Origin: the human T2T-CHM13v2.0 reference genome, Homo sapiens
Assembly (NCBI RefSeq): GCF_009914755.1
Contig: NC_060941.1
DNA length: 64,000 nt
Reading direction: 5' to 3' (one strand)
Every line of letters begins with the position of its first letter. Positions within the stretch are counted from its first letter, which is position 1. Positions 22,191 through 41,798 of the stretch are shown piece after piece. The position numbers and the translations under genes were made by a program. The notes under the pieces are model-generated. The model was not told where the DNA came from. It searched no databases and saw nothing but the letters and a program-made list of their open reading frames with translations.

Positions 22191-23559
22191 CTGTTAGACT
22201 CTTAAGACCTGACTAAAACATTGTCTTTTCATCTAATTTTATTAAAATGCCTATTTCATCCCATTCTGTTATAATTGATTTCTTGTGTTCATTTGGCTTC
22301 TTTACCAGACTGTGATCCTCTTGAGGACAGGGACCTCCTTATCCTATTAATATTTGTATCCTCAGTGCCCATTGGAGACCCCCGAACTTTTAAAATGAGA
22401 GCTGAATGAACAACACTGGCATCACTGATACAATAACAATGAGGCATGTGCTGTGAAGTTGTTTTTTATAGTTTAGGCATTTTGTACGTTTATTACCTCC
22501 TACTCTTTTGATGTATTGGTATTTATAGTCACACATGCATGCGTATCAACAAACATACACATGCATACATAGATTATTTCATCTACACATCAATCATTTG
22601 AAAGTGGCAATTATTGTCCTCATTTTGTGAATCCAAACAATGAAGGACTAAAGAAAATGAAACTTTGCTTAAGATCACACAACTAATCAGTGGCAAATCT
22701 GGGATCAAATCCAGATTTTTCAGATTTTAAATCTTATGATTGTCTACTTAAGGCTATCTATACTAATAGAAACCTATATTTTATTTCTTGATGTGTTTAT
22801 TTGCTTATTCAGCATTGAAGACAACAAAACAAAGGTATACACAAATGGATTGTATCTTAAAAAGGAGAATATTACAGTGATGAATGTGTGCTTTTTTTTC
22901 TAGTGATTTTTATAGCCTTTCACTTGTTTTCCTTTATGAGGCATAAATTTTGAAAATAGTTACAATAGTTAGAGTTTAGACAAGGAATAAATTAGCACCA
23001 GCTATCAAACTACAGGAAGATTGGACCCATGACCATATCATATTCTGATCAGCTAAATATAAATCTAGCATGACTCTTGGCACATACAAAGTGTTCAGTT
23101 AGTATTTGTTCAGTGAATAGGTAAACAAACCTTATACAAGCATCTTATCAAGTGACTTCATGAATTTTCTTTCTTAATAATATAACCCCCTAACTCATAT
23201 ATCTGACTTTGAATTCTAAATTGTCACTGAATCCGCTCATAAAATATAAAAATTTGAGCCACTTGGCCATGAGAATACTCCTAATACTCTTGGGTCTTCT
23301 ATTAAATATAGAGACGCGTGGGTAGTGGCTCATGCCTGGAATCCCACCACTTTGGGAAGCTGGGGCAGGAGGATCGCTTCAGGCCAGGAGTTCGAGACCA
23401 GCCTGGTCAACATAACTAAATGAATGAATGAATAAATGAGATTATTTATTTATTTATTTATTTATAATCTATGAATATATTATTCATATGTATTCATAAC
23501 ATATATTTCCTATGAATATTTGGAAGTTTGGATAGTTCCTGCTGGTGACTATTCTTAAA

Positions 23560-25322
<1,763 letters not shown>

Positions 25323-26178
25323 CCAGTTGTCTTTTTATAAGTGTCTGGGCAAGTTTTAATATTGTATTAAGGACTCAGCATTTATTGTATTAAGGACTCA
25401 GCATTTTAGCCTTTTATTGAAGTGATGTGCTTTTTGAGTAGAAAGTTTTGCTTTACTAACACCTGAAGAATGATACAATCACAGGCAATCTGGTTTTTAT
25501 ATGTTGTATTACATTAAAGTAAAAGCACTGATACCTGTAGTATGAAATGAAGCATGTTATAAATAAAGTACATTTAACTATCTTAAACATTTCAAGTTTG
25601 GTTTTTTTTTTTGCCCATATCATTTTATTCAGTAGAATTGTTTCCTAAATAAAACTGGTCTATGATCTTAGATTTATGTATCAACAGTTGCAGCATCTTT
25701 TGTAGTATATTCTATTTTTATATAATAATGTTAAAGGGAATATGAAAGAAAACTGTAAAAAGGTAAAATGATAAGATTAATTTTGAGTACACAGTAGTAT
25801 GATATTTAATTGTAAATTAGAAGGAGTTAGACTTTATAGTGTGTTAACATTTGGAGTTACTAGTGCTTGATATCCTCCTTCTGTGGACAGATTACCTCCA
25901 AATTTCAATCTGGAAGATCCCTGAAATAACTACTAGGAAAAGGTTTACAACTATATGGCTTTTATATTTTTACTATTTGTATTAGAATATCTATATAAAT
26001 TGTTCAATAGAATAACTAAATTGTTCAAATTTTGGTTATAAAAGAAAAAAAGTGTAAACACATCATACATATCATGTGGCTTATTACTGTGATGTTATTC
26101 CTGTATTCAGTTTTATTCAGTCACAGCTACACAGCAGAAGTTTGTAATGTATTGCTGGATTTTATTTTGCTGTATTAG

Positions 26179-26204
26179 CTCCTCAAGAGTTACTGATCTA
26201 TGAA
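26179..26204 (+). other. VMP1: VMP1 exon 2, 5' UTR part (26 nt)
   Basis: Acceptor TTTATTTTGCTGTATTAG| ends at 26178; followed by ATG at 26205. Confidence 0.88.
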
Positions 26205-26280
26205 ATGGCAGAGAATGGAAAAAATTGTGACCAGAGACGTGTAGCAATGAACAAGGAACATCATAATGGAAATTTCACAG
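26205..26280 (+). CDS. VMP1: Vacuole membrane protein 1, exon 2 coding part (aa 1-25 + 1 nt)
   Basis: GAAATGG strong Kozak; [25 protein letters not shown]; donor CAG|GTAAAT at 26281; 76 nt. Confidence 0.97.
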
Positions 26281-26962
26281 GTAAATTTTGATGGTTTGCA
26301 GGGAGGAGTGCTATGGGTTTAAATGATATACTTTTCATTGGAATAAAATAGAGATATATTACTTCTTTTATTTTTAATCTTATATTATCTTCTTAGTAAA
26401 TTAAATTATGGGTCAGTCAGGGCCTGTAAGGTGATATTTCACAGTGATGGCAGAAGGAGCCTGGCCACAATCACATAAACAGTGTTCCAAGTACAAGATT
26501 ATTACTTGTTAATCTTATAGTATGGTCAGTGTTTATTTGGCTTTGCTCAGTGCTCAATTTTATTGTGCTATTTTGTAATTCTAGAAGTAGATTATAAACT
26601 TACTACACTGTTCTTAAATATACAGTTATCAAAAAAGTTAGAATGTGAATATTATTTAAAAATTTATTTTAAAATTATCGTTTGAGATGAATAAACTCAT
26701 ATTTTAACCAAATTGGAATTTGTGGTAAATTTCAGTGTATTTGACTCCTGTTTATACAGTTACCCTGAAAATGATGACTTTTATTAATATGGATGATTTA
26801 AGTAGAAACTTTCCTTCATGCATTTAAAGGAAAATGAAAAAAAAGTTTTTCTTTTGTTGTAATCATACTTTTTTTTTAGCTTTTGAATTGTTTGACATCT
26901 CAAACACATGGCAAATAATACTCTAGTGTGGTAATATTTTCACAGCAATCCTCTACTTTTAG

Positions 26963-28480
<1,518 letters not shown>

Positions 28481-28519
28481 AGCATTTTGTAATTTCAATA
28501 GATGGTGACAATTAATAGC

Positions 28520-28750
28520 TAAACTTAATTGGGCACTTACTAAGTGTTAAACTCTTCTGAGAACTTTACATATATGAGCTCATTTAATCCTTAAAATGAC
28601 CCTGAAAAGTATGTACTATTGTGATCCCCATTTTACAGAAGAGAAAACTGAGTCACAAAAGTATTAACTAACTTGCCCAAGATCACGTGACTAATAGAAG
28701 GCAGAGCCAGGATTGGAACCAACTAGTTTGCCTCACCATTTTTGCGATCT
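28520..28750 (-). mobile_element. MIR
   Basis: CTCATTTAATCCT..CCCCATTTTACAGAAGAGAAAACTGAG..AACTTGCCCAAGATCAC. Confidence 0.75.
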
Positions 28751-29000
28751 AAACCACTTTGTTCTGTAATATGATCCTAGGTTGATAGAATGCCCTTCAT
28801 AGACGGTGGACCAATTTAGACTTATTTCAGTAATTTTCCCAAAATCTATAGCTCTATCCCAAATTCAACTGCTGGAATTTTCAGTACCATTTCTTTAGGA
28901 CATCCTCTACAAAAGATTCTGATGTTTATCAAGGCAGGGAGTTGGTTTTGCCTCAGTTGTTCTCTAGGTAACACTGATTAAGAAATGGCAACTATAATAT

Positions 29001-29620
<620 letters not shown>

Positions 29621-29644
29621 TCATTCATCTTCTTTCTATGCTGA

Positions 29645-29993
<349 letters not shown>

Positions 29994-30097
29994 TAGTTGT
30001 TATTTGGGAGATAAAACTCTTTTCATCTAAAGTGATTGAAGAGAATAAGCATAAATGTTAGAAATTCTGTTTTAATCTCTGCACTATTGTTTTTCAG

Positions 30098-30233
30098 ACC
30101 CCTCTTCAGTGAATGAAAAGAAGAGGAGGGAGCGGGAAGAAAGGCAGAATATTGTCCTGTGGAGACAGCCGCTCATTACCTTGCAGTATTTTTCTCTGGA
30201 AATCCTTGTAATCTTGAAGGAATGGACCTCAAA
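30098..30233 (+). CDS. VMP1: VMP1 exon 3
   Basis: TTTTTCAG|; (D)[44 protein letters not shown](K); |GTAAAG; 136 nt, phases fit neighbours. Confidence 0.97.
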
Positions 30234-30823
30234 GTAAAGAGTCTTCTCCCACTACCTTTTACATACACCTCATTTACTCATTTAAAAAATCCTCAGTAAT
30301 CTCTTACTTTCTGCCCTCTACTCCATCAAAATGGATTAATTACCTTTAGAATATTACCATAGGAACATATTTATTCTCCTTTCTTTAGGTTGAAGAAAAA
30401 TAGATTAGGGAAAGACATTGCTATTTGCTGTTTGCTTACTGGATTATCACAGTTGTCCACTGTTTTTTCATGTTGAATCTGCAGTGGAGAACACTGAAAA
30501 ATACGATTTTTATTTTCTCTCCTGATTTTACCATTGGGAGAAATCAGGTCTGTGTAATTTAGATACACTGATTCTTTAGCAGGGCAAGGTTCAGCATATG
30601 TGGCAGTTTTACTGATAGTTTGAGCCAATGAAAAAGAACTCTGCCATGGAAATGTGTTGTCTTTAAATTTAGTACTTGTAAGCCCTGTTTCAAGTACCAT
30701 AAAGAACAAGTTGAACTTTTACATGCCTTATCTTCTGGCATGCCCTTCCAAGTTATTCTCTGTACTATTATCTTAACATTTTTATTGTACTAAGAGTTTA
30801 TAAAGTATTTTGTAACATTTTCA

Positions 30824-31822
<999 letters not shown>

Positions 31823-32211
31823 TTATAAAAACAAGAAACAGAATCAGGTTGGTTAAGTGTCTGGCTGAAAGTGCAACATGAAGGGTCTCTGACCCAGGTC
31901 CTCTGACTTGAAGGCCAGTGCTCTTTCTATTATACTATAATGCTTCTCCATATTATAAGTTGAGGTTTAATAAGATCAGGCTTTGGGTAAGGAAAAGGCT
32001 ACAGTGGGGGTTATGATAAGAACTTGGGTTCTCTGCCTGTGTATCTTCCCTTGACCCCCTTCTGTTACTCCAAGAGGCCATGATGTGTAAGGAAAAGAGC
32101 TCAGCCCAGCTGAGCTAGGTAACCTAACTGTTTCAGCAAGAAATTGTTCTGAGAATGATGAATGCTGAAAGTGAGACTGTGAGATATTTATTTTTTTTAT
32201 TTGTTTTTAAG

Positions 32212-32302
32212 ATTATGGCATCGTCAAAGCATTGTGGTGTCTTTTTTACTGCTGCTTGCTGTGCTTATAGCTACGTATTATGTTGAAGGAGTGCATCAAC
32301 AG
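32212..32302 (+). CDS. VMP1: VMP1 exon 4 (first hydrophobic segment)
   Basis: TTTTTAAG|; [30 protein letters not shown]; CAG|GTGAGA; 91 nt. Confidence 0.97.
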
Positions 32303-32513
32303 GTGAGAGGTCGAGCAATTCTGTTTCTAGTCTTGCACATTCTCTAATTCTCTAATCTCAGTTTCAAATGGGATGAATGTGGGTTTTATAGAATTTCTAC
32401 CCTCAACATTATCTCATAACTAGTATCTCAAATGTTTTACTTTTAAAGGCATACACTAAAAATATTCTTGTGATGTTTTATGGCTGCTGAGGATTTATAT
32501 GTGGTGTGTGTGA

Positions 32514-32924
<411 letters not shown>

Positions 32925-33097
32925 TGACCCATCCAAATAGGTAGGCCTCTCATCCAAGGTTGATGATTACGTTTTATTTGTATAAAAAGACAGGTTCATT
33001 TGCCTGTAGTCTACATGTACAACATTACTGATGGGAAAATAGGATGCTTTGTTAACCTCTTTTGTTAAAATAGCAAAACATTAATGTATTTTAACAG

Positions 33098-33240
33098 GAA
33101 ATGGTTCTAGAATGGTATTTTAAAGCAGTTTACTGCCAATCACAGAAATGACTCTAGAATGGTATTTTAAAACAGTTTACTGCCAATCACTGAAATGACT
33201 CTAGAATGGTATTTTAAAACAGTTTACTGCTAATCACAGA
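33098..33240 (+). repeat. 47-bp minisatellite, 3 copies
   Basis: Unit TCTAGAATGGTATTTTAAARCAGTTTACTGCYAATCACWGAAATGAC starts at 33106, 33153, 33200. Confidence 0.95.
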
Positions 33241-33595
33241 GAAGTTTTTACAGTTCTAAATGCATTTATTTTAAATATATCTAAAATTATCCTCAAAATT
33301 ATCTTATTCATAATTTGCTTTTTCCTGTGTCCTGTAAATAGTAGGACTTTAAAAGTTTAGAAACAAGGCTTTTATTAAAGGTTTAGAAATAAGACCTTTA
33401 TTCCAGTTAGATTAATTTTTTTGTCATCTTTGCCATTGTGTATTAAAGAAATTAGGCCTCTTCAATGGGTTTTTAATCTTATTAGTTTTTTCCTATTTGA
33501 AACTTACTTTAGTTGATTTAATTTTGATGATGGTTTATAAATACCGCATTTCTGTATAGAGAATTCACGGTTTTCACCTCATCCCTTTTTTTCAG

Positions 33596-33706
33596 TATGT
33601 GCAACGTATAGAGAAACAGTTTCTTTTGTATGCCTACTGGATAGGCTTAGGAATTTTGTCTTCTGTTGGGCTTGGAACAGGGCTGCACACCTTTCTGCTT
33701 TATCTG
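33596..33706 (+). CDS. VMP1: VMP1 exon 5
   Basis: CCCTTTTTTTCAG|; [37 protein letters not shown]; CTG|GTAAGA; 111 nt, phase 0-0. Confidence 0.97.
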
Positions 33707-34200
33707 GTAAGAATAATTTTATTTTAATAAGCAAAAATGATATTTCCTATCTTTTTATTGGTGCTTTTATGTCAGAAGTAAAAATTCTAAGATTTGTTTT
33801 AATTACCTTTGTGTTTTGTAAGCATTCTGATCCTCCAATCAGTGCTTTAAGTTTGACTTAGAGTTCTGTTTTGTTTTTCCTTTAGGGTTAGTATTTAAAA
33901 AGCAAAGAGAAAACCCCAGTTAAGCAAATAAGGTTGTTTATTTAAATTAGTTTAGCGTGGAAGGTTTTTCTTTTCCTTCTAGATTTAATTGCTTAAGCAA
34001 TTGTTATTTTAATAAATGAAGTCCATTTAAATATGCAAAATTCCATGTGAGAAATGTCTTCCCTTACATCCTCTAACATCATTTACATACTTGGATATTT
34101 ATTTTGGTATTCTTGTTGAATGTAATTGATGGAGTATTAACATGTAGAACTAAATGCTTTCTTGAGTCCTTTGAACCAAAGTATAAAAAGTGCCCCTTCT

Positions 34201-34920
<720 letters not shown>

Positions 34921-37280
34921 TCAGAGCTAGAACTAGGGAGAGGTTGAGTTAGATACTGAGGGCACAAAATATAAATAGGCACTCTCAGGGTCATGCAGAT
35001 ACAGAATGGATGAATAAGTGCCTCATTAAATTTTGTGCCCCATGTGCCTTGCTTGTTCTTGCTGTTCCTGTCCCTAGATAATAAATTGAAAACACTTCCA
35101 TATTTGAAAGCAGTTTGATCTTCATTGGGGAAAAACAGGTGAAAGATTGTCAAGCAGTACCCATTGCTGAATAAAATTCATCACTACAAGCACTTGCAAT
35201 CTCTGTGCTATAATGAATTCATCTCTGAAGCAGCTAGGATAAGTATTAAGGAATGATTGTCTGCTTGGCTCAGAAGGGTACTGGATTAATGATCTGACGA
35301 ATGCTTTGGGAATTAATCTATAATATATCATTTCTCCAAGTTTATGGGAGTTTAAAACTTGGAACTTTAGAATTATGTTCATGTTTGCTTGGTGATTTAA
35401 CTCAAACAGGGACATAAATCCTAGGGAATTAACTCATATCACTGTTTTTCTAATAACTGCATTCGTAGTAGAATAACACTACATTCACTAGTAGAGGTTG
35501 AGGGAGAGAGGAAAAGAAGGAATTACAGGTTACAGGATACTTTTCTGTTCGTGTCTAGACCTGTCCTCATATTCCTTGGGAAAACCAGATTAAGAAACTC
35601 ATTTGTAGCATTTAATTAATTTGGAAGCCTCTGAAAAGCAACCCAGATAGCAGACTCTGCTGAATGTCAAAAGAGATTGAAATTATGGCTCATGCCTGTA
35701 ATTCCAGCATTTTGAGAAGCCAAGGCGGGCTGATCACTTGAGCCTAGGAGTTCAAGTCCAGCCTGGGCAACACATCTCTACATCTCTATAAAAAATACAA
35801 AAATTAGTCGGGTGTGGTGGCACAGGACTGTTAGTCTCAGCTATTCAGGAGGCTGAAGCGAGAGGATGGCTTGAGCCCAGGAGATAGGGGCTGCAGTGAG
35901 CTATGATTGCACCATGCACTCCAACCTGGGTGACAAAGTGAGACCTTGTCTCAAAAAAAAAATTATTTTAAATGCCCTAAAATTAAGTATATATAAAACA
36001 GCCAGATCTGCAATTTATGAATATATAATCCTGGCTATAGTGTGGGAGATAGATTGAAGGTGGAAGAGAAGAGGAGCAGTTAGGATTATCCTTATGAGAG
36101 ACACAAGCTTCCCAGGAGGTGATAGGAAGAATGGATAGCAAGGAGTATTTATAAAGAGAACTTGTAGAGAGAAGTCAAGCAAAATGAAGACAAAAGATGG
36201 TATAGATCTTTGATGTTTTAAAAGATTGCTTGGAATGGAAATAGCATTTGGGATGAAAAAGGACAAATATGACAGAAATTTTAGAAGTACAATCAAGAGT
36301 GTGGTACGTTATTATGGAGGAAGAAGGAATGAAAGATAACTCTTGGATTTCCTTTTGTTTTGTTTTAATATATTTTATGTGTATTTAAGGTATATAACAT
36401 GATGTTATAAGATATAAATATATATAGTAAAATGGTTACTATTGTGGAAAAAATTAACATATTCTTTATCTCATGTAGTTACCCATTTTTACGTTTTTAC
36501 TCCTCATGGCAAGAACAGCTATAATTTACTAGTTTAGCAAAAACTCTGAATACAACACATTGTTATTAACTATAGTCCTCATAGTGTATGTAGAGTACAT
36601 TGGATCTTTTGACTTGTTCTGCCTGTATATTTGCTACTTTGTATCCTTTGATCTACATCTCCTCCCATCTCTATCTCTATAAATGAGATCTTGCAACATT
36701 TTTCTGTGTAGTTACTGGTTTTTTACTGAGTGACTGGGTAGATTTTGATGCCATTAACTGTATAGAAAACAGTTATTTGTTCACTTGTTCACATTTATTA
36801 CATATTATGTGAAAGTATGTGAAAAGAGAAATTTAAAGGTATACTGTAATTATGCTGCAAGTTAAATGAGATCCTCACTTTATCCAGGTAGGTTGCTGGT
36901 GCCCGTAGTTGAATGGAAAGAGAAGGGAAATTTATAAAGGACTGAGAACGCCTACAAAACAAAACAAAACAAAAAATTATTAGAGCTGGGCACAGTGGCT
37001 CATTCCTGTGCTCCCAGTGCTTTGGGAGGCCAAGGCAGGAGGATCGCTTGAGACCACAGGTTCAAGAGCAGACCTAGCAAGACCCCGTTTCTGAAAAACA
37101 CATAAATAAATAAAAGATAAATAAATTAGCTGGGTGTGGTGGCATGTGCCTGTGGTCCTAGCTCCTTGGGAGGCTAAGGAGGGAGGATTGCTTGAGCCCA
37201 GAAGCTCAAGGTCACAGTGAACTGTGATTGCACCACTGCACTTTAGCCTGGGAAACAGAGCAAAACCCTGTCTCAAAAAC

Positions 37281-37314
<34 letters not shown>

Positions 37315-38317
37315 GGCTTTATTGTTCAGTGTAGTTTTAGGTTTACAGAAAAATTGAGCAGAAAAGACAGAGGATTCTAATACACCAGGGGTCCCTAATC
37401 CCCAGGCCACAGACCAGTACTGGTCCCTGGCCTGTTAGGAACCAGGCCACACAGCAGTAGGTGAGCAGTGGGCTGGCAAGCAAGTGAAGCTTCATCTGTA
37501 TTTGCAGCCGCTCCCCATCACTCGAATTACTGCCTGAGCTCTACCTCCTGTTAGATCAGCAGCAGCATCAGATTCTCATAGGAGCTCGAACCTTATTGTG
37601 AACTGCACATACGAGGGATCTAGCTTGCATGCTCTTTATGAAAATCTAATGCCTGATAATCTGAGGTGGAACAGTTTCATCCCAAAACCATCCCCCACCT
37701 CAGGTCTGTGGAAAACTTGTCTTCCACGAAACTGGTTCCTGGTGCCCAAAAGGTTGGGGACCACTGCCATAACACCTTTCCCCACCACACAGTTTCCTCT
37801 ACTATTAACATATTGTATTAGTGTAATTTATTTGTTACAATTGAGGAACCAATATTGATACATTATTAACTAAAACCCATAGTTTATGGGATCTACTCTG
37901 TGTTATACAGGTCTATGGGTTTTGACAAATGCATAATGTCATGTATATACCTATAGTATCATACAGAATAGTTTCACTGTCTTAAAAATGCCCTGTGCTT
38001 CACCTGTTTTTTCCACTTCCCCACCTGCCCCCAAACCTTTCACAACCACTGATCTTTTTACTGTTTCTATAGTTTTGCCTTTTCCAGAAGACACTATAGT
38101 TGGAATTATAGGGTATGATCCTTTTCTGACCGACCTCTTTCACTTTGCAATATACATTTAAGGTTTTTCCTTGTCTTTTTCTGGTGTGATACCTCATTTC
38201 TTTTCATCACTATTTAATAATATTCCTCTGTATGGATGTACCACCCGTTTGTGTATCCATTCACTTACTGAAGGATATCTTGTTTGTTCCTGTTTGGCAA
38301 TTATTTTTAAAAAACTG

Positions 38318-38352
<35 letters not shown>

Positions 38353-38885
38353 CTATATTATATATATGCTATATATATGCTATATTTATAAATACATATA
38401 TTTTCTGATAGATCCTGAGTATAATATATACTCTATTGATAGAACATGAGTATTAATTACTAATATATAGAAAAAACTTGGCTTTTTTAAGGTTGTTTAC
38501 TAACCTTATATCCTGCAACATTGCTGTAATTGCTTAATAGCTCCAAGACTTTTTTGATGATTCCTTATGATTTTCTACATAGATAATTATGTCATCTGTG
38601 AACAAAGACAGTTTTTCTACTTTCCCAATCTGTATACCTGTTATTTCCTTTCTTGTCTTATTGCATTGGTTAGGTTTTCAAAATAATGTTGAAGAGGAGT
38701 CATGAAGGGGCCATCCTGCCTTGTTCCCAACCTTAATGGGAAGGCCTCTAGTTTCTCACCCTTAAGTATGATGTTAGCTGTAGGTTTTTGTAGATATTAT
38801 TTACCAGGTTGAGGAAGTACCCCTCTATGCCAAATTTGCTGAGGTTTTTGTTTTTTTTTTTTTAAATCATGAATCTGTTGGATTT
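37315..38885 (-). mobile_element. Old L1M fragment carrying a MER1 insertion and a (CT)n(AT)n tract
   Basis: TTTTAGGTTTACAGAAAAATTGAGC, GTCATCTGTGAACAAAGACAGTTT, AAGTATGATGTTAGCTGTAGG motifs. Confidence 0.8.
37386..37766 (+). mobile_element. MER1 (hAT-Charlie MITE)
   Basis: Termini CAGGGGTCCCTAATCCCC / AGGTTGGGGACCACTG; internal GATTCTCATAGGAGC, CTAATGCCTGATAATCTGAGGTGGAACAGTTTCATCC. Confidence 0.85.
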
Positions 38886-40954
38886 TGTCCCCCAAAACCC
38901 ACTGTTTTAGATGATAGTGACTAGAAAGCCAATATTTGACCAGGCGCGGTGGCTCATGCCTGTAATCTCTGCACTTTGGGAGGCCGAGGCGGGTGGATCA
39001 CCTGAGGTCAGGAATTTGAGACCAGCCTGGCCAACATGATGAAACCCCGTCTCTACTAAAAACACAAGAAATTAGCCAGGCGTGTTGACAGGCACCTGTA
39101 ATCCCAGCTACTCAGGAGGCTGAGGCAGGAGAATCAGTTGAACCCAGGAGGTGGAGGTTGCAGTGAGCCGAGATTCCACCACTGCACCCCGGCCTGGGCA
39201 ACAAGAGCGAAATTCCATCTCAAAAAAAAAAAAAAAAAAAAAGTCAATATTTAAAAAAGAAATAAAGTCCAGGCATGGTGGCTGATGCCTGTAGTCTCAG
39301 CACTTTGAGAGGCCAAGGAAGGATCCCTGCTTGAGACCAGGAGTTCAAGACCTGCCAGGGCAACATAATGAGACCCCATCTCTACCAGAAAAAAAAAAAA
39401 AAGAGAGAGACAGAAGGAAAGAGAGAGATGAAAGAAAGAAGAAAAGGAAGGAAGGAAAGAAATTGAATATTTAGAAGCTTGGGGAGAAATCTGTTAAATA
39501 TAAAAGAAATATAAAGAGAGATTTAGTATATGCCATTTCCATTTGACCAAATGACCTTTAGTTCTTAGACCTTTTTGATCCTGACTTCCATTTAGGATCC
39601 CCTGGGTTTAACAGAAAGAATGAAGAAGAAAGAGCATTTATAAAATATAATTTGCAGAAAAGCAAAAGGAAAACAAAAGATATCACTAGTCTTTATTTTT
39701 TAATTGACTGGTTGGGGTGGAAATCAGTTTGCAAGAGGTTAAGCACTACTAGCAACAAAAAAGGCAAACATCATTGTCATACTCATGCTAATACTAGCTG
39801 GTCAGTTCTTTTATTTTTATTCATGTTTGGTGGCCATTTTGTGGTACCCATTCCTATGGGAAGATTTTGCATCCCTACCTTACTGAACTCCAGCCATATT
39901 ATTTGCTTTGACCAATGAAATGTGAGCATAAGTGATAGATGTTGCTTGAGATCTTTGTGTTGTTTGTTATTACGTCATAATCTAACCTATCCTGACTGAT
40001 AGGCAGCTAACATTTATTGAATGTTTACTAGGTGGTAGTCTCTGTGAGCATCACTTTAAATGAATTATCTCACTTAGGCCTCCCAAGAGCCAAGCTAGTC
40101 AATAACCAATAGTGTGACAAGTGTAAAAATTTTAATTAATAAGCGTAAACTATTTACTTGTGAACTTTGGCAATTATAGAAAAGAGTAAAATAAGAAACC
40201 AGAAGCAAAGCAGAGTCAAAGGTTTCAAAATCTGATCTGGGTTTTTACTTAATAGAAACAATTTCAAATAATCTCTGGTTTTTTTAAGCTTATGCCATTT
40301 TCTTGCTGATTAGTGATCAACAGAATTTTATCCTTATTGGTCACCATTTCTTTTCTTTTATATGTAGGAAATGCAGTTGTGTTTAGGATATCCTAATTAC
40401 ACTTACTTTCATTTTCCAGGCTTAACATAATCCTCACTTAGGGAAATGTGACATTCTCATGTTCTATTATGTGCTGATGAAACAGGCACCTCTGCAATAT
40501 ACCCATATAACTAACCCTCAACAAAGAGAATAAATGATCATATTGGGAGAGTAGTCTGGTGAAAAATATGGGCCTCCTTTTGATAACAGTTTGTGGTGAA
40601 AAAGAAACTAATTTTAACAGAAAAAAATGTAATTCATTATTTATTATGGCTCTCTTTACTGGAAATCGTAGCTTAAAAGTGAAATATGAATTTTTTTTCT
40701 GCATAGGCAAAATTTCCCAATTAGGTTTTTGAAATTTGTGTTTAGAATGAATGATTCCTAGAGTGTGGAAGGTATCTTTTTTGGAAGTATCATTTAGTAA
40801 GTTATAATTGGTTGTATACTAGTCACCTAAAAGACTTACTAAATTTCCTAAAATATTAGATACCTACGTGTTTGGCTTTAAAATGGAGAATTTGTCTTAA
40901 ATTTATCCGTAAACAGTTTCATTTATATTTTTATTTATTTATTTATTGAGATAG

Positions 40955-41237
<283 letters not shown>

Positions 41238-41781
41238 TAGATATAACTGAAAGGTTATAACTTGAAATTAAGATATCTTAGAAGTCCTCATCACTTCTTT
41301 AAATGTTACAAATAAAAGTTACTGTTTATTTGATCATTAAATTTAATGAAAATCATCAGGGAAAAATTACTAACCATCAAGTTTTGTAAATCGATTTGAG
41401 TAAAGTGTAAATCAAGTAATTTGCAGAGACCAAGTACCTAGCCCAGAGGGACAAGTTAAGATACTGTTTATGCAAGAATAGTGGTTGCTAACCAGAAAGG
41501 AGGAGATGAAGGGGAAATAAATAAATTTTTTCTGCTGATGGCTTACGGAGAGTTGGTTGGGCTACTAGGTTACTTGCTTTGTTCTATTAATTTTAATAGT
41601 TAAAAGGTGGGTTTCAGGAGGCCTGTTAATTTCTGAAAGCACTGTACTTGTTATGTATCATTGCAAATAAGCTTTTTTTCTAGCAAGAAAGAACCTGTAG
41701 TATTCATCAGGTTCTCCAAAGACTGTGAAATGTTAAGAACCATTCTTCTACAACTTTTTTCAAAATATATCTATATTTGGC

Positions 41782-41798
41782 TGCCACTAGGTGGCATT
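41782..41798 (+). promoter_or_regulatory. CTCF-like motif TGCCACTAGGTGGCATT
   Basis: Matches CTCF core CCASYAGRKGGCR; lies outside recognisable repeats. Confidence 0.55.

Noticed and set aside
33098-33240. CRISPR-like array
   Set aside because: Whole units repeat with no unique spacers; eukaryotic intron; no cas genes.
40392-40801. Cryptic exon (acceptor TTTTCCAG at 40419, GTAAGT at 40797)
   Set aside because: Unusually long, AT-rich and without coding signal; unsupported without RNA data.
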